From contig JAGGUF010000079.1 in assembly GCA_021158595.1 (NCBI GenBank), positions 1 through 34,801 on the forward strand: DNA of 34,801 bases, read 5' to 3'. The translations under genes and the position numbers were made by a program. Source of the stretch: a bacterium. Its GTDB lineage: Bacteria; Patescibacteriota; Minisyncoccia; Minisyncoccales; GCA-002788555. Below the pieces are notes generated by a model. The model was given only the letters and a program-made list of their open reading frames with translations, was not told the DNA's origin and did not search any database. This document shows, in pieces, positions 7,427 through 16,645 of this stretch (the stretch's first letter is position 1; each line of letters opens with the position of its first letter).

Positions 7427-7451
7427 AAAAAACTCCCTTTTCTGGGAGTTT
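7427..7451 (-). terminator. Intrinsic terminator after the Clp ATPase gene
   Basis: AAACTCCC-AGAAAA-GGGAGTTT hairpin followed by T run, about 30 nt after the stop. Confidence 0.65.
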
Positions 7452-7481
7452 CTATTAGGAAAGTTTTGTTAAATGCAATTG

Positions 7482-9959
7482 CTAACTACTCTGGTAAGGA
7501 TCTGAATCTACTTTCACCTTGAAGGTTACAGGATCAATCTCTATTTTGTCTCCTGACTTTATGCTTTCAGAAAGAATAGCCTTGGCAATATTGTTTTCCA
7601 CCTTTTCCTGAATAACCCTTCTCATTTCTCGGGCTCCAAACTGAGGATTAAAACCAAGTTTAGAAATCTTTTCTACTAATTCTGGCTTAATCAAAAATTC
7701 AATATTTTTTTCTAAAAGTTTCTTCTTTAAATCTGAAAGCATAATTTCAGCAATCTTTAGCAAATGTTTTTGGGATAATGGTCTAAAAAGGACCACAGCA
7801 TCAAACCTATTTAAAAACTCAGGTCGAAAAATTCCTCTCCTTAAAATCTCATTTATAAATTCCTCTTTATATTGTTTTAAATTCTTTCCTTCTATTATGG
7901 CTTCCCTTATGAGTTCTGCTCCAGCATTACTGGTTGAAATAATAATTGTATTCCTAAAGTCTACCCTTCTTCCTGCTCCATCAGTTAGATACCCTTCATC
8001 TAAAACCTGTAAGAACAAATCCAAAATTCTGGGATGGGCTTTTTCAATTTCGTCCAACAAGATTAAAGAAAATGGATCTTCTCTTACCTTGGTGGTAAAA
8101 TATCCAGGCTCAGTAGGAGTGCCAATTAATCTTTCAATAGAACTTTGAACCTGATACTCAGACATATCCAATCTTATCATTCTCTTCTCTGAACCAAAAT
8201 AGACCTCTGCCAGGGTCTTAGCCACCTGAGTTTTTCCTACCCCTGTTGGTCCCAAAAATAAAAAGTTACCTATAGTTCTTTCTCTTTTTCTTATCTCTGC
8301 CCGAGCCCGACGGAGAGCATTCGCTACCTCAAAGACTGCCTCCTCTTGGTCTACCACCCTCTGGTGAATAATTTTTTCTAAATTCAAAAGAACCTCTCTT
8401 TCCTTTTCTTCAGCCTCACCTACAGGAATTTCTGTCTTCTCTGAGACCAAACCTTCCACAATTTCAGGAGACACCCTTCCTCCCTTTACCTGACGCAAGG
8501 TGTAAACAGTTACCTCTTGCAAAAGATCAATTGCCTTTTTGGGGAAGGGAGAGGTTTGGATATATCGATCAGAAAGTTCAACGATTTCTTTAATTGCCTT
8601 ATAAGTGAAAAAAATTGGCGCTTTTTTTTCTATTCTCAAAACCTCATCTTCCACTATCTTCAACATTTTATCAACAGAAGGTGGTTTTATTTCAATTTTC
8701 TCAAACTGACCAAGTATCTCAGGTGCTCTTTCAATAGATTGATGGAGTCCTTCATAGGTAGTAGTAGCAATTAATCTAAATTCAGGAATTGAAAGATACT
8801 GAAGAAGAATGGGAGAAATATCTATTTTCCCTACTGCCTTTGCTCCAAACCTTTGACCTACAAAATTGTGAAGTTGTCGAATAACCAAAATAACGTTTCC
8901 TGCTCTTACTGCCTCAGCGAAGATTAACTTTAAAAGCCCCTCAACATTGCCCTGTTCTCTTCCAGTAGAGAGAACAAGAGGCATATCAATTTCAAGAATT
9001 CTCTTATAGTTCAAGGGAGTAACAGTTTTCCCCTGATTGACCATTCTGGCAAAGTTTTTAATCATTTCTTTCTTGCCTACTCCCGACTCACCCACCAAAA
9101 GAGCGCAATTTCTCTCTGGTTTAATCAAGGCATTTTCTAATCTTCTTATTTCTTCTTGATAAAGAGGAGATCTTGCCAAAAAGGCTTTTCTTTCTATTTT
9201 TGTCAAATCAACTGAAAAATTATCCAAATTAATGGTATATCCGGCTGCCCAATCCCTTGCCACACTACCATATCTTAAAAGATTCTCCCTTTCCCAAAAC
9301 CTTTTCTCTCTGGTTTCTTTTTCTATAATTCTTCTTTTCCAATCGCAGACCTCTTTTAACTCCTCCTTTCTGATTTTAAGTAGATCTAAAAGTCTTCTTA
9401 GAAAGGGTTCATTTTCTGCTAAAGAAGGTAACAGATCAAAAATGCTAATCTTTCTTAGGTTTTCTTTTAGAATTGACTTTAGAATCTCCTCCGCTTCTTT
9501 TACATCCTTTTTCGTTCCTCTTATTTTCTTTTTAACCTCCTTTCTAATTTCTGCCCTTGGCAAAGAAAGTCTTTCATATACAAAGGAAAGTTCTTTTACT
9601 CCTAAAAGATAGAAAAGTAAAAGAAGACTGAAGTCTCCCTTTTTTGAAAATGCAAAATCTACTGCCTTTGCTGCTTGAAAATCTAAAAACTCTGCTAAGT
9701 TCTCTGGATTTTTAACCTTTGGGTTTTTTAATTTCTGTTCGAAAAACAAACGATAAAGAAAAAGGATACCCCAAAGAGAAAATGACAGATAGCAAATCCC
9801 CAATGATAGATGGGTATTAAATACTGATATTTTGAGATTTATTAGAGAAATTACAAAAATAAAAAAGAAGATTATCTCCAAGACCCAAATCACTCCTAAA
9901 GGAATAAGTTTTTCCAGTTTTACCGCTTGAATAATCTGAGCGGAGTTTAAATCAAACAT
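7482..9959 (-). CDS. ClpA/ClpB-family AAA+ ATPase with N-terminal transmembrane helices
   Basis: Two AAA modules (GESGVGKK; GPTGVGKT, RLDMSEYQ, LLDEIEKAH, FRPEFLNRFD, FGAREMRR); two hydrophobic segments in the first ~72 aa. Confidence 0.9.
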   Translation of the reverse strand: MFDLNSAQIIQAVKLEKLIPLGVIWVLEIIFFFIFVISLINLKISVFNTHLSLGICYLSFSLWGILFLYRLFFEQKLKNPKVKNPENLAEFLDFQAAKAVDFAFSKKGDFSLLLLFYLLGVKELSFVYERLSLPRAEIRKEVKKKIRGTKKDVKEAEEILKSILKENLRKISIFDLLPSLAENEPFLRRLLDLLKIRKEELKEVCDWKRRIIEKETREKRFWERENLLRYGSVARDWAAGYTINLDNFSVDLTKIERKAFLARSPLYQEEIRRLENALIKPERNCALLVGESGVGKKEMIKNFARMVNQGKTVTPLNYKRILEIDMPLVLSTGREQGNVEGLLKLIFAEAVRAGNVILVIRQLHNFVGQRFGAKAVGKIDISPILLQYLSIPEFRLIATTTYEGLHQSIERAPEILGQFEKIEIKPPSVDKMLKIVEDEVLRIEKKAPIFFTYKAIKEIVELSDRYIQTSPFPKKAIDLLQEVTVYTLRQVKGGRVSPEIVEGLVSEKTEIPVGEAEEKEREVLLNLEKIIHQRVVDQEEAVFEVANALRRARAEIRKRERTIGNFLFLGPTGVGKTQVAKTLAEVYFGSEKRMIRLDMSEYQVQSSIERLIGTPTEPGYFTTKVREDPFSLILLDEIEKAHPRILDLFLQVLDEGYLTDGAGRRVDFRNTIIISTSNAGAELIREAIIEGKNLKQYKEEFINEILRRGIFRPEFLNRFDAVVLFRPLSQKHLLKIAEIMLSDLKKKLLEKNIEFLIKPELVEKISKLGFNPQFGAREMRRVIQEKVENNIAKAILSESIKSGDKIEIDPVTFKVKVDSDPYQSS

Positions 9960-9960
9960 A

Positions 9961-10329
9961 CTATATCAGTGTGATTCCCTTTATTAAACAATAAAGCAAA
10001 AGGAAGGGAAATATCAGCCAGGCAAGAAAAAAAACAATTCCTAAAAATATGACAAATATCTCAACTATCACTCCAGTTATAATCACAAAACCTCTTAAAC
10101 TCATTCCTATTATTCGAGAGAAACTGTTGAAAATAAAATTACCAAACCATCTTCCAATATCAAATCTGCCTTTACTGGAAAAATAGTATCTCTTCCAAGG
10201 AGAGAAAAAGGTCTTGAGGAGCAAGGAAAGAGAAAAATAATTCCTTACAAACCAAAGATAATTCCCCCAAATATGATAGATCTTTTCAGGAAGGTCCTTA
10301 AAATACCAGGTTAAAAAAAGGCCAGCCAT
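9961..10329 (-). CDS. Hypothetical membrane protein adjacent to the Clp ATPase
   Basis: 122 aa, aromatic/hydrophobic, LLKTFFSPWKR motif, 1-bp gap to the Clp gene. Confidence 0.75.
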   Translation of the reverse strand: MAGLFLTWYFKDLPEKIYHIWGNYLWFVRNYFSLSLLLKTFFSPWKRYYFSSKGRFDIGRWFGNFIFNSFSRIIGMSLRGFVIITGVIVEIFVIFLGIVFFLAWLIFPFLLLYCLIKGITLI

Positions 10330-10365
10330 ATGAGAAGAAATTAAGAAGAGTTTCTCAATCTTCTA

Positions 10366-11400
10366 TTATTTTGGAGTCTCTAATTCTTCAGTTGAAACCA
10401 GAACCTCTCTTAATTTTGGAAGGTTCTCCAAGACCACCCCACAACCTCTGGCTACTGCTGTCATTGGATCTTCCGGAACCTTTACCGGAATTTTTGTCTC
10501 TTGTTCTATTAGTTTGTCAAGTTTTCGTAAAAGACTTCCTCCCCCTACCAAAAAAATTCCTTCTCTCATAATATCGGCTAATAGTTCAGGAGGAGTATCT
10601 TCAATGGCTGATTTTATCTCATTTACAATAGTGCGAATTGAATCCTTCATTGCTCTCCTTACATCCTCATCGGTAACAATAATCTCTTTTGGAAGACCGG
10701 TGATGATATCTCTCCCCCGCATTGGATACTGAAGTTCTTTCTCTAAGGGCATTGCTGAACCTATTTTAATTTTTATCTCCTCTGCCGTTCTTTCTCCTAA
10801 AACCAACTTAAACTCTTCTTCAGCAAAACGAATAATGTCCTGGTTTAACTTATCTCCAGCAATGCGAAGTGACTTTGAATTAACAATTCCTCCCAGAGAA
10901 ATTATAGCCACCTCAGTAGTTCCCCCTCCAATATCAACTATCATATTTCCTCCTGCCTCTTGAACAGGAAGGCGAATTCCAATGGCAGCAGCCATTGGTT
11001 CCTCAATTAAATAAACCTCTCCAGCACCTGCATTCTTCCCTGCCTCCTCAACTGCCTTTTTCTCAACCTCGGTTACTCCCGAAGGAATACCTACAATAAG
11101 TTTTGGCTGAGGCCAAGGAAAAAATCTCTTACCAAAAGATCTATCTATAAAATAACGAAGCATTTGTTCGGTAATCTCAAAATCAGAAACTACACCCGAA
11201 ACCAAGGGTCTGATGGCAATAATATGAGAGGGAGTTCTTCCCACCATCTTTTTTGCCTCTTCTCCTACGGCCAAAATCTGGCCTGTTTTTTTATTCAAAG
11301 CCACTACTGAAGGTTCATTAATAATAATTCCTCTTCCCCTTGCATAAACTAGGGTATTTGCAGTGCCAAGATCAATTCCAATATCTCGAGCAAAAATCAT
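10366..11400 (-). CDS. mreB: Rod shape-determining protein MreB
   Basis: DIGIDLGTANTLV, EEPMAAAIG, VDIGGGTTEVA, GGGSLL. Confidence 0.97.
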   Translation of the reverse strand: MIFARDIGIDLGTANTLVYARGRGIIINEPSVVALNKKTGQILAVGEEAKKMVGRTPSHIIAIRPLVSGVVSDFEITEQMLRYFIDRSFGKRFFPWPQPKLIVGIPSGVTEVEKKAVEEAGKNAGAGEVYLIEEPMAAAIGIRLPVQEAGGNMIVDIGGGTTEVAIISLGGIVNSKSLRIAGDKLNQDIIRFAEEEFKLVLGERTAEEIKIKIGSAMPLEKELQYPMRGRDIITGLPKEIIVTDEDVRRAMKDSIRTIVNEIKSAIEDTPPELLADIMREGIFLVGGGSLLRKLDKLIEQETKIPVKVPEDPMTAVARGCGVVLENLPKLREVLVSTEELETPK

Positions 11401-12665
11401 ATATTTTTATTACTTTTGGTTTTTAGAAGATTGGCAATTTTTACAAGTTTGCTCTTTTTTTCTCTTCTTTCCTTTACCTCAACACAATTTTTCTTTAGGG
11501 TTCTTTCTGAAACTATTATTCTTTTTGGAATTCCAATTAAATCAGCATCAACCAGTTTTTCACCGGGTGATTTGTTTTCTCGGTCATCATACAATACATC
11601 AAATCCTCTCTTTTGTAAAGTGTTATAAATTTCACTGGTTACCCTCTCAATCTTTTCTTTGATTTTTGATTTTTGATTTTTGATCTTAACAAGATGAATA
11701 TCAAATGGTGCCACCTCTTTGGGCCAGATAATTCCCTTATTGTCGTGATGAACCTCAACCAGAGCACCCATTAATCGGGAAAGACCTATACCGTAACAAC
11801 CCATTACCACCCACTGCTTCTCTCCCTTTCCATTAACAAATTTAAAATCAAAGGGTTTGGTATATTTTGTGCCTAATTTAAAGATATTCGCTACCTCAAT
11901 TGCCTTTTCCTTTCGAAAATTTTCTTCTTTGCATCGAGGACACCTTGGAAATTGCTTTTTAATCTCTTTATTAATAGCTAAATTACACTTCTGACAGATA
12001 TAGATAGTATCTTCGCCGGCAGGAGTAAGCGTCTGAAATTCATGGGAAAATTTGGAAAAGGTGCCTCCTGAGGCTAAGGTTAGATATGTTTTTTCTTTTA
12101 ACTTCACTCTTTCTAAAATCTTAAAATAGGCTTTTTTAACCCTCTCATAATACCTCTCTAAGTCTTTTTCATCTTGATGGAAAGAATAAAGATCCTTCAT
12201 CTCAAACTCTCTTGCCCTTAACAAACCTGATTTTACTCTTATCTCATCTCTAAACTTTGTTTGAATCTGATACACATAGCAGGGTAAGTCCTTATAAGAA
12301 GAAACATATTTTTGAACCAATGGCACCACTACCTCTTCGTGGGTAGGACCCAAACCATATTCCTGACCATTCTTTCCCTTAACCTTAAAAAGTTCTTTAA
12401 ATATCTTCCACCGATTTGTCTTTTGCCAATAGGATTTAGGAATAAGAGTTGGCATTAAGAGCCGCTGTCCTCCAATTTTTTCTATCTCTTCTGAAATTAT
12501 CTTTTCAATATTAGAGAAAACCCGAAAACCTAAGGGCAAAAAGGTATATACACCGGCGCTCAGTTTATCAATAAATCCAGCCCTTATTAAAAGTTGGGCA
12601 CTTTTACTCTCTTCATCTTTTGGAATCTCTCTAATTGTTTTAGTGAAAAGTTGAGACTGAAGCAT
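11397..12665 (-). CDS. proS: Proline--tRNA ligase (short form without editing insertion)
   Basis: QLLIRAGFI, LGPTHEE, QIQTKFRDE, REFEMKDLYSF, MGCYGIGLSR, DADLIGIP. Confidence 0.96.
   Translation of the reverse strand: MLQSQLFTKTIREIPKDEESKSAQLLIRAGFIDKLSAGVYTFLPLGFRVFSNIEKIISEEIEKIGGQRLLMPTLIPKSYWQKTNRWKIFKELFKVKGKNGQEYGLGPTHEEVVVPLVQKYVSSYKDLPCYVYQIQTKFRDEIRVKSGLLRAREFEMKDLYSFHQDEKDLERYYERVKKAYFKILERVKLKEKTYLTLASGGTFSKFSHEFQTLTPAGEDTIYICQKCNLAINKEIKKQFPRCPRCKEENFRKEKAIEVANIFKLGTKYTKPFDFKFVNGKGEKQWVVMGCYGIGLSRLMGALVEVHHDNKGIIWPKEVAPFDIHLVKIKNQKSKIKEKIERVTSEIYNTLQKRGFDVLYDDRENKSPGEKLVDADLIGIPKRIIVSERTLKKNCVEVKERREKKSKLVKIANLLKTKSNKNI
11658..11685 (-). repeat. 7-bp tandem repeat (AATCAAA x4) inside proS
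   Basis: tttgatt tttgatt tttgatt tttgatc on + strand; encodes IKNQKSKIK. Confidence 0.9.
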
Positions 12666-12738
12666 CAATTTTAAAATCTAAAAGATTACACCAAAGGATG
12701 AAGAAGGGATTGGTTTCACGCTTTAGGAACCTATTTTT

Positions 12739-12747
12739 ATTATATCA
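12739..12747 (-). promoter_or_regulatory. Putative extended -10 promoter for proS-mreB
   Basis: TGATATAAT on minus strand about 75 nt upstream of proS. Confidence 0.5.
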
Positions 12748-12867
12748 GATTTCTTCAAAACTAAAAATATCTCGTAATAATTTTTCAAATTCATTAAAAA
12801 CAGAAATCAAAATACCAATCCTCAAAAAAGTTTTGTCCTTTTAAAATAAAAAAGAGGAGGGAGTTTA

Positions 12868-13359
12868 TTAAAAAGAGACTAAAAAACAAATTATCTCCAC
12901 CCCTCCTCTTATATTCAATTTAACCTGGTCAAACTCGTAATGGAAGCGGTCAAAGAACTTCTTATAGAAAGTCTCTGCTCCCTCATCCAAACTCGTTGTT
13001 TGGATGAGGATACCTATGGGGTTCATTTGATATCTCTGATAATAACTCCGCGCCTTCTGGAATGTTTCCTGAAGAAGCAATGATCCCAGTCCTCTTCTCC
13101 TCCAATCCTCCTTAATCCAGAGGGCATCTAGCTGCAACAAGATTTTCTCGGGAGAGAGAAAATCTTGAATCTGTGTGACTGAGCCTCCTATAAGCACTCT
13201 GCGCTCGAATAATCCAATGTATAAAGCTCTATACGGAGGCTCTTTCATTTCAATCCAACTCCGAAAAACTGCTGGGCTCACGTCTGGATAAATGCTCCTC
13301 TGTTCTTCTTTCAAGAATTCCTCAAACTTCTTCTCGCCGCTTAATATTTCTACCTCCAC
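12868..13359 (-). CDS. GNAT family N-acetyltransferase
   Basis: LWIKEDWRRRGLGSLLL acetyl-CoA motif and AETFYKK; GTG start with strong SD GGAGGTG. Confidence 0.85.
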   Translation of the reverse strand: MEVEILSGEKKFEEFLKEEQRSIYPDVSPAVFRSWIEMKEPPYRALYIGLFERRVLIGGSVTQIQDFLSPEKILLQLDALWIKEDWRRRGLGSLLLQETFQKARSYYQRYQMNPIGILIQTTSLDEGAETFYKKFFDRFHYEFDQVKLNIRGGVEIICFLVSF

Positions 13360-13379
13360 TTCTTTTCACCTCCGTTTTA

Positions 13380-13408
13380 ATTCTAACACGTCATTAAAAA
13401 GTTGTCAA
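13380..13408 (-). promoter_or_regulatory. Near-consensus sigma70 promoter of the GNAT gene
   Basis: TTGACA-17 nt-TAGAAT with extended TG motif. Confidence 0.75.
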
Positions 13409-13420
13409 GATTAGTTGGCC

Positions 13421-13449
13421 TTGACAAAATGAAATAGATATGATATATC
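13421..13449 (+). promoter_or_regulatory. Putative divergent sigma70 promoter
   Basis: TTGACA-17 nt-TATATC preceded by TG; back-to-back with the GNAT promoter. Confidence 0.45.
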
Positions 13450-13477
13450 CTCAGTAAAAGAATATAAGGAGGAATTT

Positions 13478-13574
13478 CTCTCCCCCACCTATATCCTCCC
13501 CCTCCCTCTGGGAGGGGAAGGATTAAGGTGGGGGAGGGAGAATATCAGAGCCCTATCAAATTGATTAGTAATTA
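13478..13574 (+). repeat. Triplex/hairpin repeat copy R4: one core unit plus 36-bp right arm
   Basis: CTCTCCCCCACCTATATCCTCCCCCTCCC-TCT-GGGAGGGGAAGGATTAAGGTGGGGGAGGG-AGAATATCAGAGCCCTATCAAATTGATTAGTAATTA. Confidence 0.93.
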
Positions 13575-13577
13575 TAG

Positions 13578-13627
13578 AAGATGAAAGAGAATTTACATTC
13601 TCTTTCATCTTGTCCAGGTTTTCCTGG
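13578..13627. other. Perfect 15-bp hairpin followed by a 5-bp hairpin
   Basis: AAGATGAAAGAGAAT-TTAC-ATTCTCTTTCATCTT (13578-13611) and CCAGG-TTTT-CCTGG (13614-13627). Confidence 0.8.
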
Positions 13628-13698
13628 TAAATTGAAAAAAGGAGGTAGTTAGTTCTTTAATAATACAAAAAAATGAGAGTTCCGTAGAATATCAGATA

Positions 13699-13860
13699 GT
13701 GCTGGCCGATATAAGAGAGCAAATAAAAGAGCTAGATCTGGATGTCCGCAAGACCTGGTGGGCACAGAGGCCGGTTCTTGCATGGTATCTAGTTTGCCTT
13801 AGCATAGTGATAGCAATCATTTGGCCTACATGCCTTCTTGAGTATCTTCGAAGAATCTAA
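13699..13860 (+). CDS. Candidate small membrane protein (53 aa from GTG; frame open from 13636), possibly a pseudogene
   Basis: VLADIREQIKELDLDVRKTWWAQRPVLAWYLVCLSIVIAIIWPTCLLEYLRRI*: amphipathic helix plus one TM segment; start uncertain. Confidence 0.35.
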   Translation: MLADIREQIKELDLDVRKTWWAQRPVLAWYLVCLSIVIAIIWPTCLLEYLRRI

Positions 13861-13894
13861 GATCTAAGTAAAGCCACCAAAAATTTTAAGGGGT

Positions 13895-16306
13895 TTACAT
13901 ATTTTTACCCCTTTTTATTTTTCTCTCTTGTTCGGCTACCAGTAACTTTGTCCTTACAGCAACATCAGGATTAACAGAAATGCTCTCAATTCCACAATCA
14001 ATTAAAAATCTTGTAAACTCAGGAAATGTTGATGGAGCATCGCCACAGATTCCAGAGTATTTCTTCTGTTTTCTACACTCTTTTATGGCTTCTCTTATTA
14101 ATCTCTTCACTGCTTCATTTCTCTCATTGCCTACATGAGCAATAATAGCATTGTCTCTATCTAATCCTAAGGTTAACTGGGTGAGATCATTGGAACCTAT
14201 AGAAAAACCATCAAAAATTTTAAGAAATTCTTTGGCTAAAATCACATTTGAGGGAATCTCACACATTACATAGACCTTAAGATCATTTTTTCCTCGCTCC
14301 AGGCCTGCTTTCTTCATTAAAAGAAGCACCTTCTTCCCTTCCTCTACTGTTCTACAAAAGGGAACCATAGGAACGATATTTTTCAATCCATACTCCTCTC
14401 TCGCTTTTTTAATGGCTTTACATTCAAGCAAAAATGCCTCTTTAAACTCTTCTGAATAATACCTTGAGGCACCCCGCCAGCCAATCATTGGATTTGGTTC
14501 TTTTGGCTCAAATTTATCTCCTCCTATCAGTTGGGCATATTCGTTGCTTTTAAAATCAGAGAAACGAACAATAACCTCTCTGGGATAAAAGGCAGTAGCA
14601 ATTCGACTTATTCCCTGAGCCAACTTTTCAACAAAAAATTGCTTCTTGTCTTTCCAGGGGGCAGTGATTTTTTCTATTTCTTTCTTTGTTTTTTTATCCA
14701 GTTTTTCAAAATTCAAAAGAGCCAAAGGATGAACCCTTATCTCAGAAGCAAAGATAAACTCTTCTCTCGCCAAGCCTATCCCATCTACTGGTAAAAATGA
14801 AGACCTAAAGGCAATATCCGGAGAACCAATATTCAAGCAGACCCTTGTTTTGGTTTTAGGAATCTCATCTAATCTATGTTCAATCTTCTTAAAAGGAATC
14901 TTTCCTTTATAGACAAAACCTTCTTCTCCTTTTGAACAATCAATGGTAATCTCTTGGTTTTGAGAAATAACCTCTGTTCCGTTTTTTGTTCCCACAATAC
15001 AAGGAATACCTAACTCTCGAGAAATAATAGCGGCATGGCAGGTTCTTCCTCCTGAATCAGTAACAATTCCGGAGGCTATCTTCATAATAGGTTCCCAATC
15101 TGGATCCGTAATTTTTGTCACCAATATTTCTCCTTTCTTAAATTTTCCAATCTCTTTTACATCCTTTATAATATTTGCTCTCCCTTGACCAATCTTCTCA
15201 CCAATAGATATTCCTTTGGTTAGAATCTTCCCTTTTCCTTCAAGGCGATACTCTATCAAACTCTTTCTTTCCCTTGCCCCATGAACTGTCTCTGGTCTGG
15301 CTTGAATTAAAAACAATCCTCCACTTTTCCCATCTTTTGCCCATTCTAAATCCATCGGTTGGTGTCTGCCTGCTCTTTTTGAATAGTGTCTCTCCACCTT
15401 TACTCCCCACTCGGCTAACTTCAAAATTTCATTATCTGAAAGAGTAAATTTCCTTTGATCTTGGGAAGGAACGTTTACTATCTTTGTGGTAACCTTATCC
15501 CTTCTTTTTGCATATATCATCTTCTTTCTCTTTGTTCCTAACTCCTTCCTAATAATTGCCGGATAGCCTTTTAAAAGGAGTTTTTTGGCTACCAAAAACT
15601 CATCTGGAATAATTTTTCCCTGGACAATCATCTCTCCTAGTCCCCAGGTACCATTAATCAAAACCACATCAGGAAAGCCGCTTTCTGTATCTAAGGTAAA
15701 CATTACTCCAGAACAACCCAGGTCAGAGCGAACCATTTTTTGAACTCCTACCGACAAAGCCACCTTCATATGATTAAACCCCTTTTCTTCTCTGTAAGAA
15801 ATGGCTCGAGGGGTAAACAAAGAAGCCATACACCTTTTTACTGCCAAAAGAAGGTTTTTTTCTCCTCGAATGTTTAAATAGGTCTCATGAAGACCGGCAA
15901 AACTTGCTCCAGGAAGATCCTCAGCAGTGGCACTTGAGCGAACTGCTACATCAGTAGATTTTTCTCCATATTCCTCACTCAATTTTTGATAAGATTCCAA
16001 AATTTCCTTCTCCAGGTTTAAAGGGAAGGGAGTTTTTAAAATTAGGTCTCTGATCTGCTTTGACCTTCTGTGCAAATTTCTTACATTTTTAACATCAATC
16101 TCTGAAAGAGTTTTTTCTATCTTATCCTTAATCTTTCCTTTTTTAAGGAAATCAAAATAAGCAGCAGCAGTTATAGCAAAACCATCAGGGACAGTTACTC
16201 CTTCTTTCTTAAGAGCACCTATCATCTCTCCTAAGGAAGCATTCTTTCCTCCAACAGAAGGTACATCCTCTAAGGTAATATCTTTAAACCAAAGGATAGA
16301 CTTCAT
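13895..16306 (-). CDS. ppsA: Phosphoenolpyruvate synthase (pyruvate, water dikinase)
   Basis: VGGKNASLGEM, VAVRSSATAED, GGRTCHAAIISRE, FSIGSNDLTQL. Confidence 0.97.
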   Translation of the reverse strand: MKSILWFKDITLEDVPSVGGKNASLGEMIGALKKEGVTVPDGFAITAAAYFDFLKKGKIKDKIEKTLSEIDVKNVRNLHRRSKQIRDLILKTPFPLNLEKEILESYQKLSEEYGEKSTDVAVRSSATAEDLPGASFAGLHETYLNIRGEKNLLLAVKRCMASLFTPRAISYREEKGFNHMKVALSVGVQKMVRSDLGCSGVMFTLDTESGFPDVVLINGTWGLGEMIVQGKIIPDEFLVAKKLLLKGYPAIIRKELGTKRKKMIYAKRRDKVTTKIVNVPSQDQRKFTLSDNEILKLAEWGVKVERHYSKRAGRHQPMDLEWAKDGKSGGLFLIQARPETVHGARERKSLIEYRLEGKGKILTKGISIGEKIGQGRANIIKDVKEIGKFKKGEILVTKITDPDWEPIMKIASGIVTDSGGRTCHAAIISRELGIPCIVGTKNGTEVISQNQEITIDCSKGEEGFVYKGKIPFKKIEHRLDEIPKTKTRVCLNIGSPDIAFRSSFLPVDGIGLAREEFIFASEIRVHPLALLNFEKLDKKTKKEIEKITAPWKDKKQFFVEKLAQGISRIATAFYPREVIVRFSDFKSNEYAQLIGGDKFEPKEPNPMIGWRGASRYYSEEFKEAFLLECKAIKKAREEYGLKNIVPMVPFCRTVEEGKKVLLLMKKAGLERGKNDLKVYVMCEIPSNVILAKEFLKIFDGFSIGSNDLTQLTLGLDRDNAIIAHVGNERNEAVKRLIREAIKECRKQKKYSGICGDAPSTFPEFTRFLIDCGIESISVNPDVAVRTKLLVAEQERKIKRGKNM

Positions 16307-16318
16307 AATAAAGAAAAA

Positions 16319-16624
16319 TTATTTCTTTTCTTTTTTATCCTCTTCTCTCTTTTTTCTTTTAGCACTTATTTTTATCTTTCTTTTTCGACCTTTGATTATT
16401 CCCTTTTTGACCAAAAGGTTCCATACCGTATCTGATGTCTGGGCTCCTCTTTCTAACCAATATTTTATTCTCTCTGTTTTTAAGGTATTTCTTTTTGTTC
16501 TTGGATCCAAAAATCCGAGTTTCTCAATATACTTACCTTTGGGAGAAGACTTTTTCTCAGTGAGAACCACCTTAAAAAATGCCTGATTTCTTTTTCCTGT
16601 TCTTTGAAGTCGAATTATTAACAT
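16319..16624 (-). CDS. rpsP: 30S ribosomal protein S16
   Basis: MLIIRLQRTGKRNQ...YIEKLG...IKYWLERGAQTSDTV; start set to ATG at 16624. Confidence 0.95.
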   Translation of the reverse strand: MLIIRLQRTGKRNQAFFKVVLTEKKSSPKGKYIEKLGFLDPRTKRNTLKTERIKYWLERGAQTSDTVWNLLVKKGIIKGRKRKIKISAKRKKREEDKKEKK

Positions 16625-16645
16625 ATCCAACAATGTTATGTTTAG

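Noticed and set aside
12669..12867. T-box riboswitch upstream of proS (also considered for thrS)
   Set aside because: No T-box consensus or terminator/antiterminator; leaders are short or occupied by the repeat
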